A DNA stretch of 64,000 nucleotides, taken from the NCBI GenBank assembly GCA_051942205.1, contig JAVECO010000045.1, forward strand, positions 1-64,000. Reading direction: 5' to 3'. The first letter of the stretch is position 1, and every line of letters starts with the position of its first letter. Positions 1-12,581 of the stretch are shown here, piece by piece. Source of the DNA: Coniocarpon cinnabarinum. Its lineage: Eukaryota. The notes under the pieces are model-generated. The model made no database searches. It was not told the DNA's origin and saw nothing but the letters and a program-made list of their open reading frames with translations. The translations under genes were made by a program, and so were the position numbers.

Positions 1-641
1 GTCTTCATTTCCCTCCCCCCCCCGCCACCGCCGCGTGATCTTCATCATCCTCCACCTTCACCTCAGCCCTACGCGCTCAGACCGGCTTTCAACGCGTATC
101 ATCACTCCTGTTACGCATCGGCTGACTGGCACGCTCCTGGACACTCCTTTGCCCGGGATATCGCCGTCATCTTCACCGTCTCGTGTTTCGAAAGGTATAT
201 TGCTGCGCTGACTGCCAAGCGCCCAACAATCTCTTTCTCTTCACCTCTTTGTCCACTTCATCAAAAACCATGGCCACAGCGTAACACTGCAAACTATCAA
301 AATCTGTTTGCCTCTGGTCGTCAAGTTCCCTTTCTGCCTATTGCGAGGAGCTGGTCACTCGCGTCACAGCTTTTGCATCACTCAGCGAGCCTTGTCCTGA
401 TCGTTTCAGCGTTTAACTAGCAATCGACGTGCACGTCCGCCAGAACACGCCAACAACTCAGCAGATCGCCTCTGACATTCTGCAACAGTTTGCTGAATAA
501 CTGCTGTACAACGCGACTACACCGAATTGAACTGCAGCAATCCTGTGCAAATGGTGTGGTTGCATTTGAGCCGAGATTGCCCGTTCGATTACTCGTTTCA
601 AATTGCTTCCGGCACTCTAGGCGTTTAGACGTGGGCCAAAA

Positions 642-3600
642 ATGGCTGATGTGGACAGTGTTCCTGCCGCTGCAGCCCGAATGCCTGATCCGGCAAAGGA
701 TGCGGATGACAGGAATCCTGGCGGAGCGCAACATGATGGCCACCTGTCTAATGATTTGTCTACACCTCGTCCAGACTCACAGGCATTATCCACCGTCAAT
801 GATGCCATGCGCGAAAAAGGTTCATCACGTGCCAACTCTCAACCTATGTCCAAGCAGGCATCTGCGTCATCACATACTGGCTCACTCAATGAAGATGGAA
901 CATCCGGCCCCAGTGCATATGGTACCAGGTCTCGTAATCGTCCACATGCCGCACGACCGAATTATGCAGAAGACCAGGACGATCCATTTGAGCAGCCTTC
1001 GAACATGAAGGTCGGGCGTGCAAGGAGATCAGCTTCTGCCGAATCTGCCCCCCCAAAATCGCGCGCGCCAAGCGAAAATGCACGACCCCCAACAACTTTG
1101 CGCCTCACAACTAAAATCACCAACGGTTCCACCAAACCCTCCACGTCGAACAACAATCATGTCTCTGACAAACCTGGTTCGGAACAGACGGTGGACGGTC
1201 CAGTCGAGAGAAAGAAGCGAAAATATGAACGTGCTCCTCGAAACTCTTTGACCCGGAATGGGGGCAATGACGCTGACTCTAGCTCGGAGTTGGCTGCTGA
1301 GGTTCCAGTCGAGAGGAAGAAGCGAAAGTACGAGCGTCGGAACTATGCTCCTCGGCAGTGGGCCGCTGATGCGGAGTCTGAGGATCCTATCCCAGGCACT
1401 TCTCAATTCGCTGCCACCACCACTATCAAAGCCGACATGCCACCCACGAAGAGGCGAAAAGTACATGATGACGGAACTCACGGATCGTCCTATCGAAGGA
1501 AGAGTTCGATGACTTCCAAATATCAACGTGACACTGCGATTGTCACATTTCAGAAAACCCGTGCCATCTTGAAAGACGGCAAACTGACTGCCGATGATGG
1601 TACAGTGTACAGAAAAGATGGTGAGTAATGACTTGGTTGAGTGTTGCGATACACATCACGTGACAAATTCTCGAGCACTTGACTAATTTATTTCCAGATT
1701 GTGTATACTTGATCTGTGAGCCGCCGGGTGATCCATATTATCTTTGTCGAATCATGGACTTTCGCACTGCCAACCCTGAAGACCCGCGATCGCCAGTGGT
1801 CAGCATGCTGGTGAATTGGTTCTATCGGCCCAGAGACATCAGTCGATACAGTAGTGATCCACGATTCTTGTTTGCTTCCATGCAATCAGATGAATCTCCA
1901 TTGAGTTCACTCAGAGGCAAATGCACGATCAAGCACCGAACAGAGATACAGGATCTTGACGAGTATCGTCGTGTGAGAGACTCTTTTTGGTTCATGCAAC
2001 TGTATGACCGATACAGCCGACGGCCATACGAGATGGTCCCTGCCAATGCCATCATCAATGTGCCACCCAATGTCAAGAAAGCCATCGACGACCAATGGAA
2101 GTTCCTCGTCTTGGAACCGGCACGACAAAGAGAACTCACTAGCGCCGTCAAGTTGTGCAAACGTTGTGGTCTCTATGCTGCACCAGAGAAGTCTGTCGAT
2201 TGTGGTGTTTGTCGTGACACCTACCATATGACTTGTGTGAATCCACCCTTGAGTCGCAAGCCATCACGGGGTTTTGCATGGTCCTGCGCGCCTTGCAGTC
2301 GAGCGCAGGAGCGTCGACTCGAAGAGCGGCACACTGCCATCATCGAACCCGATAAGAAACGAGAAGATGCGACTGACGAGGAAAAGCCAGAGACCGAGAA
2401 CCCGTCGGCGTTGCCATCAGGTACAATTACGCCTTTACCGGACATTCCAGAGTCGGATTCTTTGCCGGAGCAGCCTCCAGAACAAGCGGAAGTCGCAAAG
2501 GCAAACATGTGGCCATGGCGATACCTGGGACTTCATTGTCGAATTGATGATGTGTTACAATACGATGATCGAGCTATCTATCCTCGAGCCAGTTCTCGAC
2601 TTGGAAATCGACATCAGGCAGATGTGAAGGATTGGTTTGGTCGAGCGGTGGAGCTCATGCCTACCACTCATACATCCAGAAAGTTCAAGGGCTTCGGTCG
2701 AGGCCGTGACCCCAAGCTCTCAAAGGAAGTCCAAGCGCAGTTGCAACAAGAAAAGGCAGCTTCCAAAACACGTCCCGGGTGGCAACAGGACGAGCCAGCT
2801 GGCTACATTGCGAGAGGTGAAGACTTCGATGCGAGCGACCCACGATGTACAGCTACTCAACTTTTTGTGAAACCCGAAGCTCAACCTGCGACAGGATTCG
2901 CTGCGGTGAATGCGAAACCACCTGGTGATGACAACTCTATTGATGAGTACATGGACACAGCACGACAGCTAGGCAAGCAGTGGGGTCTGGTCACCACCTC
3001 CAAGAAAGGCGATCCTCAGATATCCACAAATTTCCTTGATCAAGCATTGAAACTTCTCAACAAGCACAAGTTCGACACGACCGCCGCTCTGAACGAGCTC
3101 TCTGATCATCACAGCAATTCGGAGTTGAAGAACCCAGAGTTGACTGAAACAGAGCTCAAGAAGTTTGAAGATGGTGTCGCGAAACATGGATCTGATTTGC
3201 GAAGTGTTCGAAGGCATGTCAAGACCAAGACACATGGTGAGATCGTGCGTTTCTATTATACATGGAAGTTCACTCGCAAAGGCCATGAGATTTGGGGAGG
3301 CAATGTTGGCCGAAAAGGCGTCAAGCGACGTGCTGAGACCTCATGGGTTGACATTGCTGACGATGAAGACGATTCGGCATTTGACAACGACAAAGCCTTC
3401 AATCGAAAACGACGCTTTCAATGTAAACATTGCGGAACACGATCATCTCGACAGTGGCGCAGAGCACCCAACGTTGCTCCCGGCGCTACTCTCCTTGCGG
3501 ATCCTAAAGGTGGAAAAGAAAAGGCGAATCAACTCGTGGTGGCTCTATGCAAGCGGTGCGCTCTTCTTTGGCGACGTTACGCCATCTACTGGGCCGATCC

Positions 3601-6145
3601 GGACGAAGCCGCGAGAAATTTTGTTGCCTCTGGGGGGCGACAATGGAAGAAGAGACAAGAAGAAGATTTCCTGCGCGAGGTGATTCTTGCGAATGAGGAT
3701 GCTGGTGTGCCTACGACAGGAGCCAGTGCAGCCGCCGCTGCCAACATGGGTATTGAGCTTGCTGTACCCATTGAAGCTGCAAGGAAAAAGATCAGTCAAT
3801 CCGTTCGCGAGCAGGAACTCACGCCACCCGCGTTACCTGCATCGGACGTACCGAAGAAGAAATCAGCGCCAGCACCAGCGCCTGCTCCCCCTCCACCTCC
3901 TCCTCCTCCGCCGCCGCCCAAAGAGCCCACACCTCCACCTGTTCCCAGCCCACCAAAGAAGCGAGACCTACCTTGTTCTGTTTGTCGATCCCTTGATACT
4001 CCTGCGAATGACCAAAGGTTGGAATGTTCAGCTTGTCGTCTGAATGTACACAAAAATTGCTATGGCATCACTGAGGTAGTCAACGGTTCTCACTGGTTTT
4101 GTGACACTTGCGTCAATGACAAAAAGCAACAGCATCTCTTGGTAAGTTCTTTGATTGTACATATACAGACAGTGGAGCTGACTTTCTTTCAATAGCGATA
4201 CGAATGCGTGGCATGTCCTGTTGTTGACAGAGCAACCGAGTTCTTTGAGGCACCGAAGGCCACTCACAAGAAGAAAACAGATCGAGATCGTGAGAAAGAG
4301 CGGCAAGAGAAAATATTGGTTCAAGCGGAGACGGACACTTACTTCAAGAGTCAAAGAAAACGTGGCAGACCTCAATACCCCCGTGAAGCTCTGAAAGTTA
4401 CCGAAAACTCCAACTGGATGCACGTTGTCTGTGCGACATGGTTGCCCGAAGTGAAGTTCAGTCATTCTGAGAAGATGCAATGTGCTGAAGGAATGGCCGC
4501 TATGATCAACACACCTCGTACGGAGCAAGTTTGCAGAATTTGTCACAAACCTGAAAAGGCGGTCGTTACATGTCAGCAATGTCATGCACCTTTCCATGTC
4601 ATGTGCGCTCATGATGCTGGCTACTTGTTTGGATTCGATGTCACTCCGGTCAAAGGTTCCCGCAAAGACGCAGTCAACGTTGTTACAGTTGGTGCCGAGA
4701 CTGGTGTCATGACTGCTGCGATCTGGTGCAAAGAACATTCACCAAAGACTATTGTGCATCCCATGACAGAATTGGTGAATCCAGACACAGGTTTTACTGC
4801 CTTGCAGCTTTTCGCCCGAACCTACAAGCAAGCCGATCTTGCTTTTACCGGTACTGCTCGCAAAGCCAACCTCCTCGCTCAATCGGTCAAACTTCCCATT
4901 CACTCACCAAATCCCAGCTCGACACGACGTGCTTCTGCCTTGCCTAATGGTGTGAAACATGACGAAACCCATGCTGCGCACACTGTGAATGGAGAAACGC
5001 ATCAAGAAGAGGGGCAGAGGCAATGCAAGACCTGTGGTTGCGGCGCCTCGTTGAAATGGCACAAGATTGACGATGATACTGTCATGGTCAATGGCGACAG
5101 CGAGAAACACCAGTCTCCTTGGCAATGTCATAAATGTTTCACGGATGAAGAGCGAAAATCCCGATCACCCTCACACAGCCGACCAAGTAGCGCTCAGAAA
5201 CCTCCCCTCCTTGAAGAGCCTGACCTCTTCCGACGCAAGCCTCGAGCATGGCCGAACGGCGACAGCAGCGCATTGCCCTACTTACAGCAAATTGCCGAGG
5301 ATGAGTTGAAAAAGATGACCATTGTGCTGACCAATTCGAAGTTTGGAGGACTACACGTCTTCAAAGGGGAGAATCTCAACTTGGATTTGGACTCAGATCC
5401 CCGCTCGGCTTTTCGACTCATCATATATCAAGCATCTCTCAAGTGTGGCTACGATCAAGAGAGAGATGTTATCATCACTGAGGACGGCTCTTGGGTCACC
5501 TTTCCAAAGTCAATGATGCAAGCATTGGTGAAGATGATTATGGCAGGCTCCAGGGAAGGTCATTGGCGTGTCGTCAGCGCTCGAGAAGTTCCATGCAAAC
5601 TCATGGCCAATGTGTACGTCCCACCAACGCCTGAACATGGATCCAATGCTCCCTACCCACCACATCTTGCTCCTCCAACTTTTAACATGAGCGGTCCCAT
5701 GGTCGGCAATCGAGAGACTGTGGGGGCTTACTTTACTCCACCGCAACAAAGACCCAATGGCCCCTCACTGCAAATCCACAATTTCAATGGACCCAGAATG
5801 TCGGCAAATGCGGGCGTTCCCAGACGGCATCCAAGCACCAACATGAGCAACAATCCGTCGATGGTGACCAACCCAAGTGCTTACCCTCATCTACATCGTC
5901 CCTTGTCTGGACCACCATATCAAGCTTCAAATGGCATGGGTGGGCCATCTCCGCCACAGGTACCTCCTGGTTACCAGCCAGCCGTTGCCCGCCCGCATCC
6001 CTCTCATCTGCCGGTCAATCCTAGATCACCACCATCCGTACCACCTCCAACCAGCAATGGCACGCCAGGTCCCGGTCATCAGAGAGAAAGCTCAGTGGTC
6101 AGTGCAAGCAACAGCCCCAGCGTGCAAAATCTATTGAGACCGTAG
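642..6145 (+). CDS. SNT2: SNT2-like chromatin protein / E3 ligase (BAH, PHD, ELM2, SANT, GATA-like Zn finger, PHD/ePHD); exons 642-1620, 1698-4141, 4196-6145
   Basis: BAH motif (DCVYLICEPPGDPYY...VNWFYRPRDI), PHD (CGVCRDTYHMTC...WSCAPC), SANT (FEDGVAKHGSDL...IVRFYYTWK), CKHC..WRR..CKRC finger, further PHDs. GT-AG introns 1621-1697 and 4142-4195 join three ORFs in frame. Confidence 0.93.
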
Positions 6146-6712
6146 GGCCCGTTTCGTAGATAGCACAATGTGCAGGGGAAAGTGTTGGATTTGATGGATA
6201 TCACAGCGCGAGGACGCCCAAGTCATAACCACTAATGGGGACGCTGAGTACTGTTTATATGCATTCGCAGGGGCGAGTTCTTCAGATATATTTCTGAACC
6301 TGACTTGCCTTGCTACCACCGTTGCGAGAGCAAAAGGTTCAATAGTCAGGCCGATAGTTATTGAAGTGTCACGTAGAGCGGACACTTTGTCATCAATCGT
6401 ATACAGACGTAGTAACGTCAAGCATATATCTAGTGCATATGTCTTTCATGCAGTCGTTCCTTCGTGAAGTGCAGAATTATCGAAACCCGCGCTGACCGAG
6501 TCTCCAGAATCAACATGGTCCAGCCGTAGCAGTGCATTCATTAACCCCGTCCAGATTGGTTCGTCAATTCCACAAGGCACACCTTTTGTTGGCTCAGCAC
6601 GATATCGGCACACTACATCGGCGCTGTTTGGCCACTCGTATTGGACTCAGTGAAGGCTGTTGAGAGCGCTTCAAGCCTATTTTCATATCCTCGGACTCTT
6701 CTCATCACTGGG

Positions 6713-7204
6713 TCATCTCGGTCTTCGTCTAACAAACTCTTCGAGATCCGCCTTGGTCGCCACACCCAGGACAAACTTTCGATCACCATCCGTCACCACC
6801 GCAAAGTCACGACCTTCGCCTTGCTCCAGGAACTCCTCCAGCTCTTCCAATGGCGTCTCGGGAGTAATGAGCTGGTAGACTCGGCCCTTGCGCGCGAACC
6901 GCTGCATAGCTTTCTCCACCGGGTCGTCTTCAGCCACGGTCTTGGATGAGAGCTGGGATTGCAGATACGGCATTGAGAGGTAGCCGAGGAGGGAGCGTGA
7001 CGGTGACAGGACGGTCAGATGGGTGTAATCGTGGGAGAGCGCGGTGAGTTGGGCGGAGGAAATGGGGGTGTCCGGGGTTATTGAGAGAGCTGCGGGAGGG
7101 TCGAGGTCCTGAACAGTGGCCTGCGTGGAGCTCGTTAGAGGTGATTGTTTCGCTCGGGCGAGTGTGAATCTTACACCTCTATACTTGTCTGTTCTTGAAG
7201 TCAT
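6713..7204 (-). CDS. Small CBS-domain protein; probable in-frame 54-nt intron 7121-7174
   Basis: CBS-pair motifs (ATVQDLDPPAALSITPDTPISSA...LITPETPLEELEEF...FAVVTD..RKFVLGVATKADLEEFV). GTAAGA..CTAAC..CAG intron inside the ORF. Confidence 0.85.
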   Translation of the reverse strand: MTSRTDKYRGVRFTLARAKQSPLTSSTQATVQDLDPPAALSITPDTPISSAQLTALSHDYTHLTVLSPSRSLLGYLSMPYLQSQLSSKTVAEDDPVEKAMQRFARKGRVYQLITPETPLEELEEFLEQGEGRDFAVVTDGDRKFVLGVATKADLEEFVRRRPR

Positions 7205-7296
7205 GCTTCAACCAACAGCCAAGAAAAGATGTTGCCAACGTGGTTCTTGCACAGGCGTCGGCTTCGAGATATTTCGAGGCCTGTATATCAAGGCCA

Positions 7297-7302
7297 CACG
7301 TG
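7297..7302. promoter_or_regulatory. CACGTG (Pho4/NUC-1-type bHLH site) upstream of the phosphate carrier
   Basis: CACGTGG about 250 nt upstream of the PIC2 ATG. Function inferred from context. Confidence 0.35.
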
Positions 7303-7549
7303 GAGGATGGGCTACGGGCTTTCACATGCTTAAGTCCACGCCAAGCTCCGCGGATTGGACTCTGGAGTACCTTAGCGGAGGGGAAGGACAGCTGTGTCAT
7401 CCTAAGGTACCATACAGGACCTCCTTACGTAGAGCTCCCTTTCGGCGTCCTATTATACCATTGCTTCCAACATAAACTAATTGACACATCGGAGAGGCTG
7501 CTTTCTCGAGTCTTTGGAAGGCTTAGCTGCCATTTCAGACTGCTTCAAC

Positions 7550-8858
7550 ATGCCTCTCTTTCCCTCCCGCTCGTCCATCAACGCGGCGTTCGCGCCCACG
7601 ACCCCTTTCCAAGAGCCTCCACAACACCGGACGCAATGGCAAGCGCGGGAAGAGCTCTACCACAACTTTGCGACTGGTGATCAGAGTCAAAGTTTGACAG
7701 CAGCTGCACAGCAAGAATTCGACAAGGTCAGCCAAAAAGCGCAACAAAAGACCGGCAAGATCGAGCTATACTCGGGCCAATACTACGCAGCTTGTACATT
7801 TGGGGGTTTGCTCGCCTGCGGTCTGACTCACACTGCTGTCACTCCTTTGGACCTCGTCAAATGTCGTCGACAAGTGGACTCCAAGCTATACTCTGGTAAT
7901 TTCGATGGCTGGCGTAAAATCGCCCGGGCCGATGGTGTCCGCGGCATCTTCACGGGTTGGACGCCGACCTTTTTTGGATACTCAGTGCAGGGCGCTGCCA
8001 AGTACGGCTTCTACGAATATTTCAAGAAGTTCTATGCCGATCTCGCGGGTGAGGAGAATGCGCACAAGTACAAGACGGGTCTGTATTTGAGCGCAAGTGC
8101 CAGCGCTGAGTTCCTGGCGGACATTGGATTGTGTCCCTTTGAAGCAGTGAAAGTTCGGATGCAGACCACGATGCCGCCTTTTGCAACGGGAACATTCAAT
8201 GGTATCTCCAAGATTACGTCCACAGAAGGTTTTGCTGGTTTATACAAGGGATTGAATCCACTTTGGGGCCGACAAATACCGTACACCATGATGAAGTGAG
8301 TTGCGCATGCTCATTGTCAAAATATGCTCCTGTCCCTTGCGAAGATAGCTAACAAGTTACAGATTCGCCTCCTTCGAAACTATTGTCGAAATGATCTACG
8401 CGCGCATGGCCAAACCCAAGAATGAATACTCAAAGACAACCCAAACAGCTGTATCCTTTACTGGAGGGTACCTGGCTGGCATACTCTGTGCTATCGTCTC
8501 CCACCCGGCCGATGTACTCGTAAGTAAGCTCAACGCCGACCGCAAGCCTGGTGAGTCCTTCGGGACCGCAACGAGCAGAATTTACAGCAACATTGGTTTC
8601 GCGGGTCTATGGAATGGCCTGCCTGTACGTATTGTTATGATTGGAACCCTGACTGGACTACAATGGATGATTTACGGTATGTTTTTTCCCAGACGTTAGG
8701 TTTCTTATCAAATTCATACTGACAGCTTCGCAGACTACTTTAAGATCTTCATGGGATTTCCTACGACAGGAGGAGCGGCACCACCGGCCAAAGACCAGGG
8801 CATCACAGGGAAGGCAGAAGCCGCGGCGGAAGAATTGAAGTCCAAAGTCAAGGCCTAG
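7550..8858 (+). CDS. PIC2: Mitochondrial phosphate (/copper) carrier, Pic2 type; exons 7550-8295, 8363-8676, 8734-8858
   Basis: Carrier signatures ([35 protein letters not shown]), [25 protein letters not shown]-terminus. Two canonical introns. Confidence 0.9.
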
Positions 8859-9210
8859 ACTTTATTGCGCTTCAGAAAAATTGCTAGATGCGAGAAAAGC
8901 GACGTGCTGAGTTCGCTTTTGATGTACTTTACCCGGATCTGGTGTCACAACTCAAATCGCAATCATTCCACTCCAGAATGCTTTCTCTTTGTGAGCCGCT
9001 CTACTTCAGTCTGCTAATTGATAATCCACTTGTTCGTGTTTTGCATCAAGATACTCGTAGCAATGTTGACCAGCATCCATACTCACCCAGAATTAGCACT
9101 TCAAGGAGTCTTTTCGCACGACCCTGCCCGAATATGGAGTAGTTGCTTCACTGGGAGAGACGTGATCAGAAATCGGCCGTGCACCCCCAGATTTTAGCGT
9201 CATCGGCGTG

Positions 9211-9216
9211 CCGAGG
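9211..9216. promoter_or_regulatory. CCGAGG FarA/FarB-type fatty-acid response element
   Basis: CCGAGG about 130 nt upstream of the APH/ACAD10-like gene. Confidence 0.4.
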
Positions 9217-9341
9217 TCCGCAGCCATCCTCAGAGTAGCGGAAAACCAGGCGTGTCTTGTTCGATACTCATGACTTTTACTTCTCGTGCGTTATGTAGTC
9301 GCTAGCACTAGTACGCGAGCTTAGAATCACTTTTTTTCATC

Positions 9342-10733
9342 ATGGCCGGCAAAATAAGACAATCAATCGACATGCCTTCTCTCGAAAAATATATTGACAA
9401 GCATGTTCCGGCCATTAAAACACCTCTAGATGTGAAGCAGGTAAAGCAGTCTTTCACTCGGGCCTATGCTGCTCCAGGAGCTCTCCCCTTGACTTTCTTT
9501 GGATCTATGTTCATAAGTCGACCAAGCATTCGACCAGGACTGACCATGTGCACAGTTTGGTTATGGCCAGTCCAATCCTACCTACCTCATCACCTCTTCT
9601 GCTCCTGCCACCCCTCAAAGACCTAACAAGTTCGTCCTACGCAAAAAGCCGCCAGGAAAATTATTGTCGAAGACGGCGCATCGGGTTGACCGTGAATACC
9701 GTATACTGCATGCGCTTGAGCCCACAGACGTAGCTGTGCCGAGAACGTACTGCCTGTGCGAGGATGATAAAGTCATAGGAACGCCGTTCTATATAATGGA
9801 GTTTTGTGACGGCAGGATATTCGAGGATCCGAGCCTGCCAGGAGTGGATCCGCAAGTGCGAACAGCAATGTAGGTGGTTCAAGAGCTAGCCGTGCAATCG
9901 AGCAAAAACCTTACTATTCGCAATAGGTGGAAAGACGCAATTCAGACACTAGCGCGCTTTCACCGCGTGGATCCTCGATCTGTGAAAATGGAATCGTTCG
10001 GCAAATCTAGTGGATTCTACAATCGTCAGATCAACTTGTTTCAAAACTTAGCCAAAGCGCAGGCGTCCGCGAAAGACGTAGACACACAAGAAGAAGTTGG
10101 CCAATTGACGCATTTTGAAGAGATGCTCAGCTTTTTCTCGCAGGCGAGGACACAACCGAAAGATCGAGGGACTTTCATACATGGCGATTACAAGATTGAT
10201 AACGTGGTGTTTCACAAGACGGAACCCAGAGTAATAGGCATATTAGAGTATGTCCAAGTTCAGACCCAATGCGACGTCGAGCGTGCCGAAAAGCTGACGG
10301 GATACTCTATAGTTGGGAAATGTCCACGATTGGTCATCCTCTTGCCGACATCACAAATCTCCTCACACCATACACGACCGCACGCAATGAACTCGCTCGC
10401 ACGCTCATGTCTGCGCAAACGACCGTTGGCGCTTCGAAACCGGCGTTTGTCGCTGGCGCAACGCCCGGTCTACCCACGCAGCGACAATGTGTCGAATGGT
10501 ATGCCGAAGAAGCCGGCTGGGACTTTGCTGATGCTGAGATAGCCTGGGGCGAGGCGTTCAACGCGTTCAAGGGGACGATCATCATGCAAGGGATCGCAGC
10601 GAGATACGCGGTGAGGCAGGCGAGTAGCGAGCGGGCGATTGAATATGGCAAGGCGATGCCGCTGTATGGACAAGTGGCGTGGAGTCTGGTACAAGAGGCG
10701 CAAGATAAGGTCCGAGAACGGGGAAGATTATGA
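9342..10733 (+). CDS. APH-family phosphotransferase (ACAD10/11 N-terminal kinase-like), 4 exons (introns about 9441-9555, 9870-9926, 10248-10311)
   Basis: [52 protein letters not shown] after splicing. Confidence 0.9.
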
Positions 10734-11246
10734 GCAACTCTGAAAGATGTATTGGATATGTACACAGATACAACATCGATGGCCTGCTAAGAACAGGCGG
10801 AGCGCATGGCAAGCCTTCAGACGCACGAGAAAGTGGGACCCCACACGTGCCCCGACGTCGAGTGAAGATTGAGGATCAGCTTTCTTGGCTGACGTCGCCA
10901 CAATAGGCAACGTTCACGCCATTTTTTCGCCATCCAGAATCAAAGTTGCCGTCGCGTCTCTAGGCGAACTATCGGTCTGCAAATTTTACGTAAAGAATTT
11001 TCGCGGTCGGCTGACGTTGGCCTAGACCGCGTTGTGAGGTAGGACAAGATGCTGGATAAATATGCTGATGCCTTTCATCACGCCGCCTTGCGTCTGCCTC
11101 GTTTTCTTTGTTCCGTGCACTTGAGCAAGGGCGTTCTTCGTGACTGGACAGTAGCTTTCTGATTTTGCAAATCCACGCGAGAGAGTTCCCATCGCTAGGT
11201 AACGAAGCAGCTCGATCATTGGAGTCTGACAGACCTCTGTATCGCC

Positions 11247-12031
11247 ATGTCGCAAATCCACTCAACTGGGGTACGTCCTCCTCTCAACGTCACCGCGACA
11301 TTTAGCTGTTTCACTGCGACTGGCCGTGATGAGCTCGCTTTGCTGAGCTTGGCTGACAGGCTTTTAGCGTGGTGGTGCCGGTAACATTGGTCTGGACGAG
11401 AATGAGTACGTTTAATGTCCGATACGTGGACTTGTTCCTCGCTATCTCGTGTAGTAACTTCCTGCTCGCTCATGAAGGCTGATGCATCTGATTTCAGATA
11501 TGCCGACGGCAGCATCGTGCGTGAAGGTCCCGCGGGACAGTCTGGCACAGGCGCCGAATATTCCACAGGGGTAGGTCGTGTCCATCACACTTTGTTGCTT
11601 TCGCATGTCCTGTGCAACTTCACTGGGGTCATCGTCGGCCCGCGCTTCCAATCCTTGTATCACTATCTTTGCTCAAGGCTGATAATCTCCACCAGCGCGG
11701 CGGCGCAGGCAATATCTCCGATACGCCCTCGCCTCGACCTGCACCCCAACGTCTGGACGATGAGGTTGTTCCTGAAGTCGCGACCCGCGTTGACGCCAAG
11801 GGAGACTACGCCAACTTCCACACCGGTCGCGGCGGACAAGGCAACATCTACAAAGAAAAATACGGAGGACACAGCACAAGAAAAGAACAGGATGAGGCTG
11901 AAAGGCGGAAGCTTACACGCGAGGGCAGTGCATCGGAAGGAGTTGGAGATAAGGTGAAGAGAGCATTGGGCGTGGATAAGGCGGGGAGGACGGCAGACAG
12001 GGGTGGGGAGACGGAAGAGAAGCAAGGATGA
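11247..12031 (+). CDS. Par32/DUF3602-family protein with three GRGG(A/Q)GN motifs; exons about 11247-11270, 11368-11405, 11498-11570, 11696-12031
   Basis: Splicing gives MSQIHSTG|RGGAGNIGLDENEYADG...YSTG|RGGAGNIS...FHTGRGGQGNI. Canonical donors, branch sites and acceptors. Confidence 0.85.
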
Positions 12032-12581
12032 GTGAGGTTTTATCGGCGTTGGGGTCTCCACGTTTCGGTCCTTTTGATACACGTCTTGATTGATAATGAG
12101 AGTCCACGGAAATCCATTCAAAGTCGTGTCCAAGTCGTTGCGCTTTTTGTTGTTTCACACCATCCAAAACCTGTGGCGGGGGTACGATCTTGCCTACGAC
12201 TCGTGAGTCGGGCGCTAGCAAGGATAAGCTTCAAGGAGAGAACGTTGATTGGTTGATTCCGATCTCAGTGCTTGACTGGAATCTGCAATGATCTCTTCCA
12301 CTCATGCTTCTGGCGGCGTTTGCACTTTTTCCTCCACTTTCCCTTTAATCAATGCTTCCGGTGTCATGAGCTAACGATCCATACTTAGTCTGATTCCTAG
12401 CAACACTATTTCTGCATCTTGTCTTGGGTTCCTGCATTGCTTGTGACGACTTGATGAACATGATTCGCATCACCATCTACCCTTTGTCTGATTTGATGAC
12501 ACCGTAATGAAGCGCACAACCCTGAAAATCCTCCTCAAACCATTAACGGCTCTTTGGAAGTTCTGTGCTTGAGATAAGACG

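Noticed and set aside
3860..3955. CCT/CCG triplet run
   Set aside because: Ordinary poly-proline linker in SNT2.
4028..4738. Long antisense ORFs over SNT2, and similar ones over PCNA, PRP6 and the thiolase
   Set aside because: Shadows of codon bias in real genes on the opposite strand.
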